Shown: one piece after another, positions 1 through 9,218 of the stretch | Numbering within the stretch: the first letter of the stretch is position 1 | How the letters are laid out: the number at the start of each line of letters is the position of its first letter | Source: Candidatus Uhrbacteria bacterium | GTDB taxonomy: Bacteria; Patescibacteriota; Patescibacteriia; UBA9934; GWF2-40-263 | Assembly: GCA_016844925.1 (NCBI GenBank) | Contig: JAERTI010000043.1 | Coordinates: 2,386-66,385, forward strand | DNA length: 64,000 nucleotides | Reading direction: 5' to 3' | The notes under the pieces: generated by a model | Told to the model about the DNA's origin: nothing | Database searches by the model: none | Seen by the model: only the letters and a program-made list of their open reading frames with translations | Position numbers and translations under genes: made by a program

Positions 1-719
1 TGCAGTCGCACGCAGTTGCGTACGGCCTGACGGAGCAGCAGGGGCTCGGGGTGAACGATGCCGCAGATGACCCGCGTCAGCTCACCGACGTCGTCGCCAC
101 TGAGCTTGGGAACAGCGAGCTTGATCGTCTGGATGTGGGGAGCCGCTTCCGACCCGCCGAAGGGCGCGCCGGTCAGGTCCACGATCTCACGCAGGCTCGC
201 CACGACGAACGCCACCTGACCTTCGATGGTTCGCATCTCCGGCGGGACGTCGTCCACGGGAGCCTTGGGCTTGCGCGAGACGATGCCGTTGCGCGGCTTC
301 TTCGCTTTGCGCTCGGCAGCGAGTTGACGTGTCCTCTCGTTGGCACGTTCACGAGAGGTCTGGACATCCTGTCCACGGTCTCCGTGATAGATTCCGCGCA
401 CGGCGGAGTCTTCGTCCGTCGGCGGCGAAGCGTCGAGCACGGGAATGAGCTCGACGTCGTCGTCCTCCCCCGTCTCGGTGCGGTCGTTCACGGTCACGGC
501 CATCATCTCCTGGGAGGTGATAGCGAATGGGTCGTCGACAGCTTCGACCTCCTGGCTCATGGCCGCATCCGACGGCAGAGCGTCGGGTACGTCCGTCACC
601 GGAGAATCCGGCGCCGGGACCACGTTGAGCTCCTGGTCGGGTGGAGCCTTCGGATCGTTCGTTCTCAGTCGGATCGCACCAGGGCGGACCTGGAACGGGA
701 CTTGCGGTTCATCTCCCAT
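1..719 (-). CDS. hypothetical protein, 5' partial in window (runs off the window start); GC-rich island 1
   Basis: My own translation of the minus strand gives an uninterrupted frame from the ATG at about 719 to position 1, with GGAGGA 4 nt upstream. The protein has an acidic N-terminal region followed by a structured C-terminal part. The plus-strand track ORF 51..809 is low-complexity (HGHGHH, RRRRS) and is probably its shadow. Confidence 0.35.
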   Translation of the reverse strand, partial: MGDEPQVPFQVRPGAIRLRTNDPKAPPDQELNVVPAPDSPVTDVPDALPSDAAMSQEVEAVDDPFAITSQEMMAVTVNDRTETGEDDDVELIPVLDASPPTDEDSAVRGIYHGDRGQDVQTSRERANERTRQLAAERKAKKPRNGIVSRKPKAPVDDVPPEMRTIEGQVAFVVASLREIVDLTGAPFGGSEAAPHIQTIKLAVPKLSGDDVGELTRVICGIVHPEPLLLRQAVRNCVRL

Positions 720-1017
720 GGGTCCTCCAATGGCGGCAAGGGTTTCGGACACGTCAGGTTCCTTTCTCTTGCAAAGAGCGTCCCGCCTCTTCATAACGAA
801 AAGGCGTGAGGCCGAGAGCAATACAAAGCACTGCTATCGACCCCACGCCATCTTCCTGTAGAAGGAGGGGAATTGCCGGCTAGCTTATGAGAACCTACAC
901 AGGAGACCGGCTTTTTTCTTATTGTAAGGGAGTTACACTGTCAAAAAAAGGCTTAGTTGTCAAGGGAAGGCGCCTGCGTTAGGCTTTGGATGGTTTTCAC
1001 CACGGAGGATCTAAGAA

Positions 1018-1716
1018 GTGTCTCAGTTCAACTCGATTCAGATGGCTCTGGCCGATCTGCTCATGGCCCTGGGGGCTGTGCAGGTCAAGGTGGAGGGATT
1101 CACGCTCAAGAAGCATGAAACTCACCCGGACGCGCCTCGTTCGCCCTACTTCCTGAACCTGCGCGACAGGAGCAACCCTGGCAAGAAGGGGACCCTCACG
1201 CCCGGTGCCTACGAGCTCATCGCCCTGTGCTGGGGCCAGGTGGTCGACGACAATGTTCTGTTCGCCGTCGGTGCTTGCGGACTCCCGCACGCGGCCACGC
1301 CCATGATGAAGGTGCTCGCCCGTCAGCGCCCGCAGCAGCTGGTGCTGCTGGACAAGCGCGAGGAGGACGGCAAGCGGTGGATCGCCGGTGTCACGGATCG
1401 CGGCGACCTGCAGCTGGATGCCAAGGTGCTGATCTTCGACGACGTCATCACTGGCGCGGACAGCAAGCTCGAGGCCATCAAGGTTCTGCGCGAGGCGCAG
1501 ATGCGCGTGGAGAACGTCGTGGTGGTCGTGGACCGTCAGCAGGGCGGGGCCGAGGCGCTCGCCGAGCACGGCATCGGCACCCACAGCGTGTTCACCGTGA
1601 CCGAGCTCATGGAGTACTACGCCGCCACCGGCCAGGTGGACCCGAGCGTCCCTCAGCTGGTGCGCGACTACATCAAGGCCGACGCCGAGTTCGAGGCTGG
1701 ACTCCTGTCAGCGTGA
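1018..1716 (+). CDS. type I phosphoribosyltransferase-domain protein (orotate/purine PRTase-like)
   Basis: The PRPP-binding motif VLIFDDVITGADS is present. GTG start with GGAGGA 8 nt upstream. About 62% GC, unlike the core. Confidence 0.55.
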   Translation: MSQFNSIQMALADLLMALGAVQVKVEGFTLKKHETHPDAPRSPYFLNLRDRSNPGKKGTLTPGAYELIALCWGQVVDDNVLFAVGACGLPHAATPMMKVLARQRPQQLVLLDKREEDGKRWIAGVTDRGDLQLDAKVLIFDDVITGADSKLEAIKVLREAQMRVENVVVVVDRQQGGAEALAEHGIGTHSVFTVTELMEYYAATGQVDPSVPQLVRDYIKADAEFEAGLLSA

Positions 1717-1744
1717 TCTACGTGCTGTGACTTCTGTGCTTGCA

Positions 1745-1800
1745 GGTGCAAGAGCGCAGCCGCCCGCGTGAGAAATACGATATTTCTCCGCGGGTTTTTT
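1745..1800 (+). terminator. rho-independent terminator (CCCGCG...CGCGGG plus TTTTTT)
   Basis: GC hairpin cccgcgtgagaaatacgatatttctccgcggg followed by a T6 run, directly after the PRTase stop. Confidence 0.6.
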
Positions 1801-1873
1801 GATTGACGTTTTTGGTTGTGTTCATTACGCTGGCCCTCCGGCGAGCTGACTCGTCGATGCCGTGGAGGTTCAG

Positions 1874-2854
1874 ATGGCAGAGTGGGAAATTCCCGAAGAT
1901 CCTGAAGCAGCAACATTCTCACTGATCATCGAGGTGATGACGGGTGAGGAGGAGGACTACAGCTACAGCGCACGCACGATCCCTCTGATCGGTCTGGAGA
2001 TCGAGTCTGCGACCTGTGATCAGGTGCTCCGCACCGGTGGTGAGGGCCGAGAGCCCCGCATCGGCACCTACGTGGTGACCGCGGATCAGCACGGGGTGCA
2101 CTTCGTCGCTGGCCCCGAGGGAATCACGGAAGAAGAGCGGCGGGACCTGTGCCAGGTTCTGGGCGCCGAGCTCATGCGCTACCGGCGCCAGTTGGTGGGT
2201 ATCGCACAGCGCTTGCAGCCCGAGGCGGTCAAGGGGATTGCCGAGGAGGTGATCCGAGCCGTGGTGGAGCAGGCACGTCGAGACGATCCGCTTCACGAGT
2301 CCCTGCGGATTCCCGATTCTGAGCACATCCAGCTCGAGGCCGTGTGCAAGGCGCACGGTTTCCTGGTGCAGAAGGTGCATTCGGTGGCGCCTGGCATGGT
2401 GGCCATCGGCAAGATGGAGAGCCCGCACACGCGGCGCTACGCGGACGTTCGCATCATGGCAACGCCACGCGAGCCCATCGGGCCGGTGGTGGTGAAGATC
2501 GGGATGCTCAGCCACGCGAGCCCTCTGTTCCAGGTGGTGCACACCCACCTGCTGGAACGGGTGCTGGAAGCTGTCGACCGTGACTACGGTGGCGTGCTCA
2601 CGCAGATCGCCGTGGAGACGGAGGTGGAGATCCAGAGGGCATCGCGCCTGATGGAGACCCTCCAAGACACGGCCGGCTTCAGCGAGGATCAGATTCGCAA
2701 CGGTGCTGCAGATGTTCGCGATGCGGAACAGGAACGTGAACAGGAGCGGCGCGCGGACGAGGCGGTGAAGCTGGGCCAAGCCCTCGCGGGGCTGGGTCAG
2801 ACCAGTTTCGTTCGAGCCAACACGGCTCATCCTCCGGAGGTCCCGGAGGCCTAG
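1874..2854 (+). CDS. hypothetical protein (GC-rich island 1)
   Basis: Track ORF 1862..2854. GGAGG sits 6 nt before the ATG at 1874. No recognisable domain. Confidence 0.4.
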   Translation: MAEWEIPEDPEAATFSLIIEVMTGEEEDYSYSARTIPLIGLEIESATCDQVLRTGGEGREPRIGTYVVTADQHGVHFVAGPEGITEEERRDLCQVLGAELMRYRRQLVGIAQRLQPEAVKGIAEEVIRAVVEQARRDDPLHESLRIPDSEHIQLEAVCKAHGFLVQKVHSVAPGMVAIGKMESPHTRRYADVRIMATPREPIGPVVVKIGMLSHASPLFQVVHTHLLERVLEAVDRDYGGVLTQIAVETEVEIQRASRLMETLQDTAGFSEDQIRNGAADVRDAEQEREQERRADEAVKLGQALAGLGQTSFVRANTAHPPEVPEA

Positions 2855-2904
2855 AACAACGAGGCGGGGACAGAAAGTCAGGGATATCTTTCTGAACACG
2901 TCTA

Positions 2905-2948
2905 CCCGGGTTGAGTGTACGGTACATTCCCCGGGTTTTTTATTGAAA
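2905..2948 (+). terminator. rho-independent terminator marking the boundary between island 1 and the core
   Basis: acccggg...ccccggg stem followed by ttttttatt. GC content drops immediately after. Confidence 0.55.
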
Positions 2949-3133
2949 ACGTCCAAAATTGGCGACCTTCCACCTTCCTCGCTGTGCTCTTCGGTCAACG
3001 ACCGTTTTAGGTCGTCTCCCTCAGTGCTCGCTCGGGCGGCGGAATGTCACTCAATTTTGAACGTTTTCAAACGCGCCGTGCCTGTGTCTCTTGTCTCGAC
3101 ACGATGGGTTCTCCGGGCTATACTCACGCGCGT

Positions 3134-4207
3134 ATGTTGCAAGTTGGAATTGTTGGGCTCCCGAACGTGGGAAAGTCCACCTTATTTAAAACACTCACAA
3201 AGAAGCAGGTTGACTGCGAAAACTTTCCGTTCTGTACCATCGAACCAAACGTTGGGGTGGTTGAGGTGCCTGATGAGCGCATCGATGTGCTTTCAAAGAT
3301 GTCTGGTTCGCAGAAAGTTATTCCGACAGCCATTGAGTTCGTCGATATCGCTGGATTGGTGAAAGGGGCTCATAAGGGTGAGGGGCTTGGGAACAAGTTT
3401 TTGGCGAACATCCGAGAAGTGGACATGATTGTGCACGTGGTTCGAGATTTCGTGGATGAGAACGTGCATCACGTGGACGGATCCATTGACCCTGCTCGTG
3501 ATGTGGAGATCATTGAGCTTGAGCTGGCCATGGCTGATATGGCAACGGTTGAAAAGCGCATGGCTGGTATCCAGGGGAAGATGAAAGCAGGGAAGACCAA
3601 GGAGCTTGAAGTACAGCTCGGCGCACTCGAGCGTATCTCTGCTGTTTTGGAGCAGGGGAAGATGGCGAATACCGTCGAGCTGAGCGATGACGAGGAGGTG
3701 CTTTTGCGAGATATGAGTCTGCTCACACGCAAGCCAATTCTCTATGTGGTGAATGTGGCAGAGGATGCATCGATGACAGATTGGGAAAGCCCACTTGGGG
3801 CTGATCGACTTGCTGCACCTATTAGTATCAAGCTCGAGTCAGAGATCGTCGATATGGAAGAGGAAGAGCAGAAGATGTTCTTGGCAGAGCTCGGTTTGGA
3901 ACGCTCAGGCCTCGATCGCTTGATTAAGAAGTGTTATGAGCTGCTCGATTTGATCACCTATTTCACCTCCGGAGAAAAAGAAACCCGCGCCTGGACGATT
4001 ACCCGAGGGACACGTGCCCCACAGGCAGCCGGAAAGATTCATACAGATTTTGAAAAAGGATTCATCCGCGCTGAGGTGATTGGTTATGAGGATTTTGTGG
4101 CCGGCGGCGGAGAGTCTGGTGCGCGCGATGCAGGAAAGCTTCGTGTAGAAGGGAAGGACTACGTGATGAACGATGGCGATGTCTGTCACTTCCGCGTGAG
4201 TACATAA
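3134..4207 (+). CDS. ychF: ribosome-binding ATPase YchF (Obg-family GTPase)
   Basis: GIVGLPNVGKSTLF P-loop and a C-terminal TGS domain. The true start is MLQVGIVG, internal to track ORF 3044..4207. Confidence 0.9.
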   Translation: MLQVGIVGLPNVGKSTLFKTLTKKQVDCENFPFCTIEPNVGVVEVPDERIDVLSKMSGSQKVIPTAIEFVDIAGLVKGAHKGEGLGNKFLANIREVDMIVHVVRDFVDENVHHVDGSIDPARDVEIIELELAMADMATVEKRMAGIQGKMKAGKTKELEVQLGALERISAVLEQGKMANTVELSDDEEVLLRDMSLLTRKPILYVVNVAEDASMTDWESPLGADRLAAPISIKLESEIVDMEEEEQKMFLAELGLERSGLDRLIKKCYELLDLITYFTSGEKETRAWTITRGTRAPQAAGKIHTDFEKGFIRAEVIGYEDFVAGGGESGARDAGKLRVEGKDYVMNDGDVCHFRVST

Positions 4208-4214
4208 ACAAACG

Positions 4215-4246
4215 AAAAACCGAGGCTTAACCTCGGTTTTTTGATT
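4215..4246. terminator. bidirectional terminator between ychF and the convergent methyltransferase gene
   Basis: ccgaggcttaacctcgg followed by tttttt. Confidence 0.6.
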
Positions 4247-4247
4247 T

Positions 4248-5429
4248 CTAGCTAGAGAAGACGAAAATGTTTCTTGCCACGAACTGATCGGAGCGTTTGT
4301 AGAGGTGCTCTGCTTCGATCTTATAGCCAATGCTCGTGAGCATATCTTGGATAGGGAGACGGTACCAAGTGCCGTCTTTTTGTTTGAAGGCAGGGAAGGC
4401 GACGACGGCTCGGCCGGTTGATTTGAGAAGGTTCTTGAGGGCGACGAACGAATCTTTGTACATCGGCATGAGGTCCTTCTCGATCTTTTTCATTTCAAAC
4501 GGGTCAACGGTTTGCGAGCGAGGGTTCCCAAGGAAGACTTCTGCGACGATGCAGTCGACCGGTGTATCTAGGTGGTCGGGGAGCTCTGCTGCTGGTGTGG
4601 TTCGCAGTGTAATGTTGGATGAGGCTGCGTGAAACTTTTCAGAGAGCCAGTCCATGTTTGTTCCTGTGTCGGTTACGGCTTTCTCAGAGATGTCGGAGCC
4701 GATAACCGTCTCGAACCCCATGAGCGTCGCTTCCATGAGTACCGTTCCAGACCCGCAGAACGGATCGAGAAGTGTCGCGCCCTGAGGATTGATCCCAGAG
4801 AGGTTGATCATGAGTCGAGCAAGCTTTGGAGGGAGCATCCCTGAGCGTCGGTCTCGAGCGGGGCGCCCGATGTCACGCGCTTCCCATGAACGGAAGTCCT
4901 GCACGCTCTCTGTCTGCCCGATGAGGATCTTATCTTCTTGAACAAGGAGGACGTACTCACCCCCTGAGGAGAGCAGGCCGTTGGTCTCTACAACAGCTGA
5001 TGAGAGTCGAGGTTCCTTGCTGGAAACAAAACGGACAGGACGTCCAGATTCTCGGAGCTGCTTCTTAATCCGCACGCCGAAGTTGTTCAGATCTTTTTCA
5101 AGCGCTTTGGTTTGTTTGGCATCCGTAAGGTTGTAGACACTGACGCCAAAACTAATCTTGTTCTTCCCCATAGCCCCTGAGGCATAGGTGGCGATAAGGT
5201 CAGCAGCGTCGTCTTCGTTCCAAGAGGGAAGTTCCCCAATGATATGCCCCATTTTCACAACGCCAGAGAGGCGGTCTTGCAGTGCCCCGAGGTTTTTTTC
5301 GCTCGTGTCAGCCAGTAAGACCTGATCAGCAGTGAGCGTAATTTCAAAATCGTCGCCTAAAACGGTTTCAAGTTCAGCGATTGAGAGTTTTGGGCGTGCA
5401 CCAAGGATGAAATAGACCATAGATATCAT
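4248..5429 (-). CDS. class I SAM-dependent RNA methyltransferase (THUMP/N2-guanine MTase-like)
   Basis: LDPFCGSGT motif I. Overall architecture resembles Trm14, TrmN and RlmL-type enzymes. Start chosen at the internal M (MISMVYF). Confidence 0.65.
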   Translation of the reverse strand: MISMVYFILGARPKLSIAELETVLGDDFEITLTADQVLLADTSEKNLGALQDRLSGVVKMGHIIGELPSWNEDDAADLIATYASGAMGKNKISFGVSVYNLTDAKQTKALEKDLNNFGVRIKKQLRESGRPVRFVSSKEPRLSSAVVETNGLLSSGGEYVLLVQEDKILIGQTESVQDFRSWEARDIGRPARDRRSGMLPPKLARLMINLSGINPQGATLLDPFCGSGTVLMEATLMGFETVIGSDISEKAVTDTGTNMDWLSEKFHAASSNITLRTTPAAELPDHLDTPVDCIVAEVFLGNPRSQTVDPFEMKKIEKDLMPMYKDSFVALKNLLKSTGRAVVAFPAFKQKDGTWYRLPIQDMLTSIGYKIEAEHLYKRSDQFVARNIFVFSS

Positions 5430-5442
5430 TTGTGTGCTTATT

Positions 5443-5471
5443 ATTGACCAAAAACCCAAAGAACGCTAGAG
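5443..5471 (+). promoter_or_regulatory. sigma70-like promoter for the rpsF-ssb-rpsR operon
   Basis: TTGACC, 17 nt spacer, TAGAGT, about 70 nt upstream of rpsF. Confidence 0.4.
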
Positions 5472-5541
5472 TGCACGCGCTAACAATTAACTGTCCAAGG
5501 CCCCATGAGGGCTGCTCGGGACCACCCGAGCCAGTACTATT

Positions 5542-6117
5542 ATGAAGGAATACGAACTCCTTTACATCGTACCGTCGCAGTACACAGACGAAGAGGTTTC
5601 TGGCGTTCAGAAAATCGTCGGTGAGTTGCTCAAGGCTAACGATGCAACGATTCTCCGTGATGAGAATCTTGGTAAGGTCCACCTTGCCTACCCTATTAAG
5701 AAGGTTCAGTACGGCACATACGTCGTTGTGCACTTTGATGCAGAAGCTGCTGCTATCAAGGAACTCGACCGAAAGCTGAAGCTGACCGATGAAGTTCTTC
5801 GTCACATGATGCTCGAGCGCGCCTCAGGTGCTGTCGAGAAGAAGATCGAACTCATCTCATACGTGGCTCCATTGAACGAAGAGGGACGTCGCGTTGCCGC
5901 AGACGAGAAGAAGAAAGAGGAGGCACCACGTGCTCCACGTCCAGCAGCGGCTCCAGCTCCTGCGCCGGCACCTGCTCCAGCTCCTGAGGCTGAAGCAGCA
6001 AAGATTGCTCCTCCAACACCTGCAGCAACAACGGCTGAGGAGAGCAAGATGTCCATGGCGGAGCTCGACCAAAAACTTGATAAGATTCTCGAAGGAGATA
6101 TTGCTGAGAACATCTAA
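5542..6117 (+). CDS. rpsF: 30S ribosomal protein S6 with a long Ala/Pro/Glu-rich C-terminal extension
   Basis: The N-terminal 100 aa are typical of S6. Gene order rpsF-ssb-rpsR. Confidence 0.85.
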   Translation: MKEYELLYIVPSQYTDEEVSGVQKIVGELLKANDATILRDENLGKVHLAYPIKKVQYGTYVVVHFDAEAAAIKELDRKLKLTDEVLRHMMLERASGAVEKKIELISYVAPLNEEGRRVAADEKKKEEAPRAPRPAAAPAPAPAPAPAPEAEAAKIAPPTPAATTAEESKMSMAELDQKLDKILEGDIAENI

Positions 6118-6128
6118 ACGAAACATTT

Positions 6129-6593
6129 ATGTACTCACTCAATCGAGCAACCATCATTGGAAACCTCACGCGTGACCCGGAGCTCAAGCAGATTCCGTCT
6201 GGTCAGAGCGTGTGTTCCTTCGCTGTTGCAACCAACCGCGCTTGGACTGGTAAGGACGGCGCGAAGCAGGAGGCAACAGAGTTTCATAACGTTGTAGCTT
6301 GGGCTCGCTTGGCGGAGATCTGCTCGCAGTATCTCGCTAAGGGACGCAAGGTTTACATCGAAGGACGTTTACAGACGCGTGACTGGGAAGGTCAGGACGG
6401 TGTGCGTCGGTATCGCACAGAGATCGTGGCTGAGAACATGATTATTCTCGACAAGGCAGGTGCAAGCAGTGGTGGCGCCATGCCACGACCAGCAGCAACA
6501 CCAAGCGCCTTTGTCCCACCTCAGGCTCCAGCGGTGAGCGACCCAGCACCGAATCCAGATGATGAGATCAAGATTGAGGACATTCCATTCTAG
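6129..6593 (+). CDS. ssb: single-stranded DNA-binding protein
   Basis: OB-fold consensus and an acidic C-terminal tail ending DDEIKIEDIPF. Confidence 0.9.
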   Translation: MYSLNRATIIGNLTRDPELKQIPSGQSVCSFAVATNRAWTGKDGAKQEATEFHNVVAWARLAEICSQYLAKGRKVYIEGRLQTRDWEGQDGVRRYRTEIVAENMIILDKAGASSGGAMPRPAATPSAFVPPQAPAVSDPAPNPDDEIKIEDIPF

Positions 6594-6596
6594 ACT

Positions 6597-6824
6597 ATGA
6601 AAAAGAAAAACATCGTGCAGAAGCAAAAGCAATGCTACTTCTGCTACAACAACATTCAAGATGTAGATTACAAGGACGTCGCTATCCTGCGCCGCTTCCT
6701 CTCATCTTTTGCGAAGATTGTGCCACGTAAGCGTTCAAAGGTGTGCATGAAGCACCAGCGAACCCTCAACACTGCGATTAAGCGCGCACGTGTGATGGCC
6801 CTCCTTCCATTCGTCCAGAAATAA
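6597..6824 (+). CDS. rpsR: 30S ribosomal protein S18
   Basis: CYFC...RRFLS...RKRSKVC motifs typical of S18. Confidence 0.9.
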   Translation: MKKKNIVQKQKQCYFCYNNIQDVDYKDVAILRRFLSSFAKIVPRKRSKVCMKHQRTLNTAIKRARVMALLPFVQK

Positions 6825-6825
6825 G

Positions 6826-6860
6826 ATTCAAAGGCGGGGCTTGTCCCTGCCTTTTGGTTT
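6826..6860 (+). terminator. terminator after rpsR
   Basis: ggcggggcttgtccctgcc followed by ttttggttt. Confidence 0.5.
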
Positions 6861-7796
6861 ATGCCAGATTACAAACAGATTGCGCACGAGCGCGCCACGA
6901 TTAACGCAGCCATCCGATCGTTTTTTGTTGATCGTGGTTTTGTAGAAGTCGAGACGCCTCTCATCGTACGGTCGCCCGGCATGGAACCGAATCTCCGTCC
7001 GTTTGAGACGAAGGTGATCGAACCGGATGGGTCACAGCACGCCGCGGGGCTGATTACGAGTCCTGAGTACGCAATGAAAAAGTTGCTCGGCCAAGGGATG
7101 GAGAAAATCTTCACTATCACAAAGGTCTTCCGTAATGAGGAGGCCTTTGGGGGTCAACACAATCCGGAGTTTTCTATGCTTGAGTGGTACCAGCAAGGGG
7201 CTGATTACCAGGGCTGCATGGACGAGACTGAGGCATTGGTTCAGGTTGTTGCGCGTGCACTCGGTGTGGATCAACCGGAGTCCGTCGAGCGACTCAAGCT
7301 ACGCGACCTGTTTCTTGAGCATGCTGGCGTGGATCTAGATTATGACCTGCCGCCGACTCATGACTCTACAGATACACAGAGCGATCGATTCTACCGTATC
7401 TTTCTCGAGAAAATCGAACCAGTACTTCAAGATCGAAACGTCTTTCTTTTCGACTACCCCAAGTATCAGGCTGCCCTCTCGACACTTACCCCTGACGGGC
7501 TCTACGGACAGCGGTTCGAGCTGTTCATGAGTGGACTTGAGCTCTGCAATGGATTCACTGAGCTCACCGATCCGGCAGAGCAGCGCCGTCGGTTTGAGCA
7601 GGAGGCTGGGGAGCGTAAGGATCTCGGAAAGACCGTTTTCCCGATTGACGAAGAGCTCTTGGCGCTGCTAGGATCTGTGCAAACGCCAACGTACGGCAAT
7701 GCCCTCGGGATCGATCGGTTGCACATGGTGCTCACGGGTCGATCTGACATCGAAGACGTTCTCTTATTCCCAGCTAACCGACTGTTTAAGCGTTGA
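6861..7796 (+). CDS. epmA: EF-P (R)-beta-lysine ligase EpmA (truncated class II LysRS paralog)
   Basis: Class II aaRS motifs FRNEE and ELCNGFTELTDPAEQRRRF. 311 aa with no anticodon-binding domain. Lies immediately upstream of efp. Confidence 0.8.
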   Translation: MPDYKQIAHERATINAAIRSFFVDRGFVEVETPLIVRSPGMEPNLRPFETKVIEPDGSQHAAGLITSPEYAMKKLLGQGMEKIFTITKVFRNEEAFGGQHNPEFSMLEWYQQGADYQGCMDETEALVQVVARALGVDQPESVERLKLRDLFLEHAGVDLDYDLPPTHDSTDTQSDRFYRIFLEKIEPVLQDRNVFLFDYPKYQAALSTLTPDGLYGQRFELFMSGLELCNGFTELTDPAEQRRRFEQEAGERKDLGKTVFPIDEELLALLGSVQTPTYGNALGIDRLHMVLTGRSDIEDVLLFPANRLFKR

Positions 7797-7797
7797 T

Positions 7798-8364
7798 ATG
7801 CCATCACCAAACGACATTAAGAAAGGAACGATCATTAATCGCAACAACATTTTGTGGCTTGTGGTGGACTTCCAGCGTGTCTCACCAGGGAAGGGAAGTT
7901 CCTTCGTTCGCACAAAGATGAAGAACTTGAAAACAGGAAAGGTGATCGAGGAGAACCTGAAGTCATCTGAGACGCTGACATTCGAGGATGTTCAGTACAA
8001 GAAGATGCAGTACTTGTTCAACGACGGAACACTCTATACGTTCATGGACAATCAGACGTATGAGCAGGTGGCTGTCTCTGGGTCAGAAATGGAAGAGGAG
8101 ATTCCTTATCTAAAGGAAGGTCTAGAAATTACGGTTGTCATGCACGAGGGGGCAGCTGTTACCGTCGCACTTCCACAAAAGATTGAATACACAGTTACGT
8201 ACACGGAGCCTGCGGTAAAGGGAGATACGGCTTCAGGAAATGTGTTGAAGGAAGCTGAGATGGACAACGGGCTCAAGGTAAAGGTACCTGCGTTTATCAA
8301 GCAAGGTGATGTGGTCATCATCAATACAGATCAGGGTGCGTACTCTGAGCGCGTGAGTAAGTAA
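7798..8364 (+). CDS. efp: elongation factor P
   Basis: Start at MPSPNDIKKG, internal to track ORF 7699..8364. PGKG loop lysine is present. 188 aa. Confidence 0.9.
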   Translation: MPSPNDIKKGTIINRNNILWLVVDFQRVSPGKGSSFVRTKMKNLKTGKVIEENLKSSETLTFEDVQYKKMQYLFNDGTLYTFMDNQTYEQVAVSGSEMEEEIPYLKEGLEITVVMHEGAAVTVALPQKIEYTVTYTEPAVKGDTASGNVLKEAEMDNGLKVKVPAFIKQGDVVIINTDQGAYSERVSK

Positions 8365-8371
8365 TGAGGAA

Positions 8372-8410
8372 AAAGAAAAAGCCCGCTGACCGAAAGGTTG
8401 GCGGGTCGTT
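8372..8410 (+). terminator. terminator after efp
   Basis: cccgctgaccgaaaggttggcggg followed by tcgttttgtttg. Confidence 0.55.
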
Positions 8411-8425
8411 TTGTTTGTGCTTGCG

Positions 8426-9118
8426 TCAGCGAGGCTGGCGGATGGGACGGAAGCCCCTGTGGCCGTAGCTCCCGTAGGTGCGTTGCACTGGCGCGAGTCT
8501 TCGTGGAGCCGCCATGGACGGCTGGGGGAACAGGTTCCTGCGAGCTGTGCGGAGAGACTGCGCAACCTTGAGGAGCTTCTTGATCCGAGAGGCACGATCA
8601 CGAGCCGCCTGCCGGCGTCTCTTCTCGAGCTCACGCGTTACAAGCTTCATCGCTCGTTCGCCCACGATCTCCATCAGATCGAAGCGACTCAGCGGAGGGT
8701 CTCTCCGAGAGCGGCCGATCCTCAGGGTGACGCCGAACAGGTTGTCCCTGCCGAAGTTCTTGAATCGATGGATGATGGTCTTGATGCCTTGAGCCACGCG
8801 AGTGGCGATGTACTTGATCGCACGGTGCTTGGAGGCTTGGATCTCCAGGTACACGCGAATCCCGCGCTCGTTGTTCAGTAGAGCTGAGACGACGAAGTCG
8901 CGCATCTTGCGTACGCACCCCTTGCGCAGCGTGAGCTGCAGCTCGAAGGTGGGCTCGTGAGCGGCATGTGGCGGCGGGAAGATCTTCAGATCTACCCGTT
9001 CTTCGATGTTTTCCTCCTTACCTCGGGTGAGTTCATGTGGGATCCCCATCTGGTCCAGTTCCTTGCTGAGAGCTTGCTCGAGAGCAAGACCGGCCTGAAA
9101 CCGCGGTCGTCTTCCCAT
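8426..9118 (-). CDS. hypothetical basic protein (single-gene GC-rich islet between efp and recA)
   Basis: The track ORF 8426..9391 overlaps the recA 3' end. Trimmed to MGRRPRF with GGGAGA upstream. RG-rich C-terminus. About 58% GC. No convincing family match. Confidence 0.4.
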   Translation of the reverse strand: MGRRPRFQAGLALEQALSKELDQMGIPHELTRGKEENIEERVDLKIFPPPHAAHEPTFELQLTLRKGCVRKMRDFVVSALLNNERGIRVYLEIQASKHRAIKYIATRVAQGIKTIIHRFKNFGRDNLFGVTLRIGRSRRDPPLSRFDLMEIVGERAMKLVTRELEKRRRQAARDRASRIKKLLKVAQSLRTARRNLFPQPSMAAPRRLAPVQRTYGSYGHRGFRPIRQPR

Positions 9119-9159
9119 GAATGTTCTCCCTTGGTGTTGATCACCATATTCAGCATAGG

Positions 9160-9215
9160 GGTTTGCTTTACTCCACGCAAGTTCCAAACAAAAAACAGGG
9201 CATTTGCCCTGTTTT
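9160..9215. terminator. bidirectional terminator downstream of recA
   Basis: aaaaaacagggcatttgccctgttttgtc. Confidence 0.55.
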
Positions 9216-9218
9216 GTC

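Noticed and set aside
51-809. Plus-strand ORF 51..809 at the window start
   Set aside because: It has low-complexity composition (HGHGHH, RRRRS). The minus-strand frame across the same DNA is uninterrupted to the window edge and looks more protein-like. It was annotated as a 5'-partial minus-strand CDS with low confidence instead.
8426-9118. IS200/IS605 TnpA, sigma-factor or ribosomal protein S4 identity for the basic protein at 8426..9118
   Set aside because: Motif comparisons from memory (HUH/Y1 motifs, sigma region 2.2 DLIQEGNxGL, S4 domain) did not hold up beyond a few residues. It is left as hypothetical.
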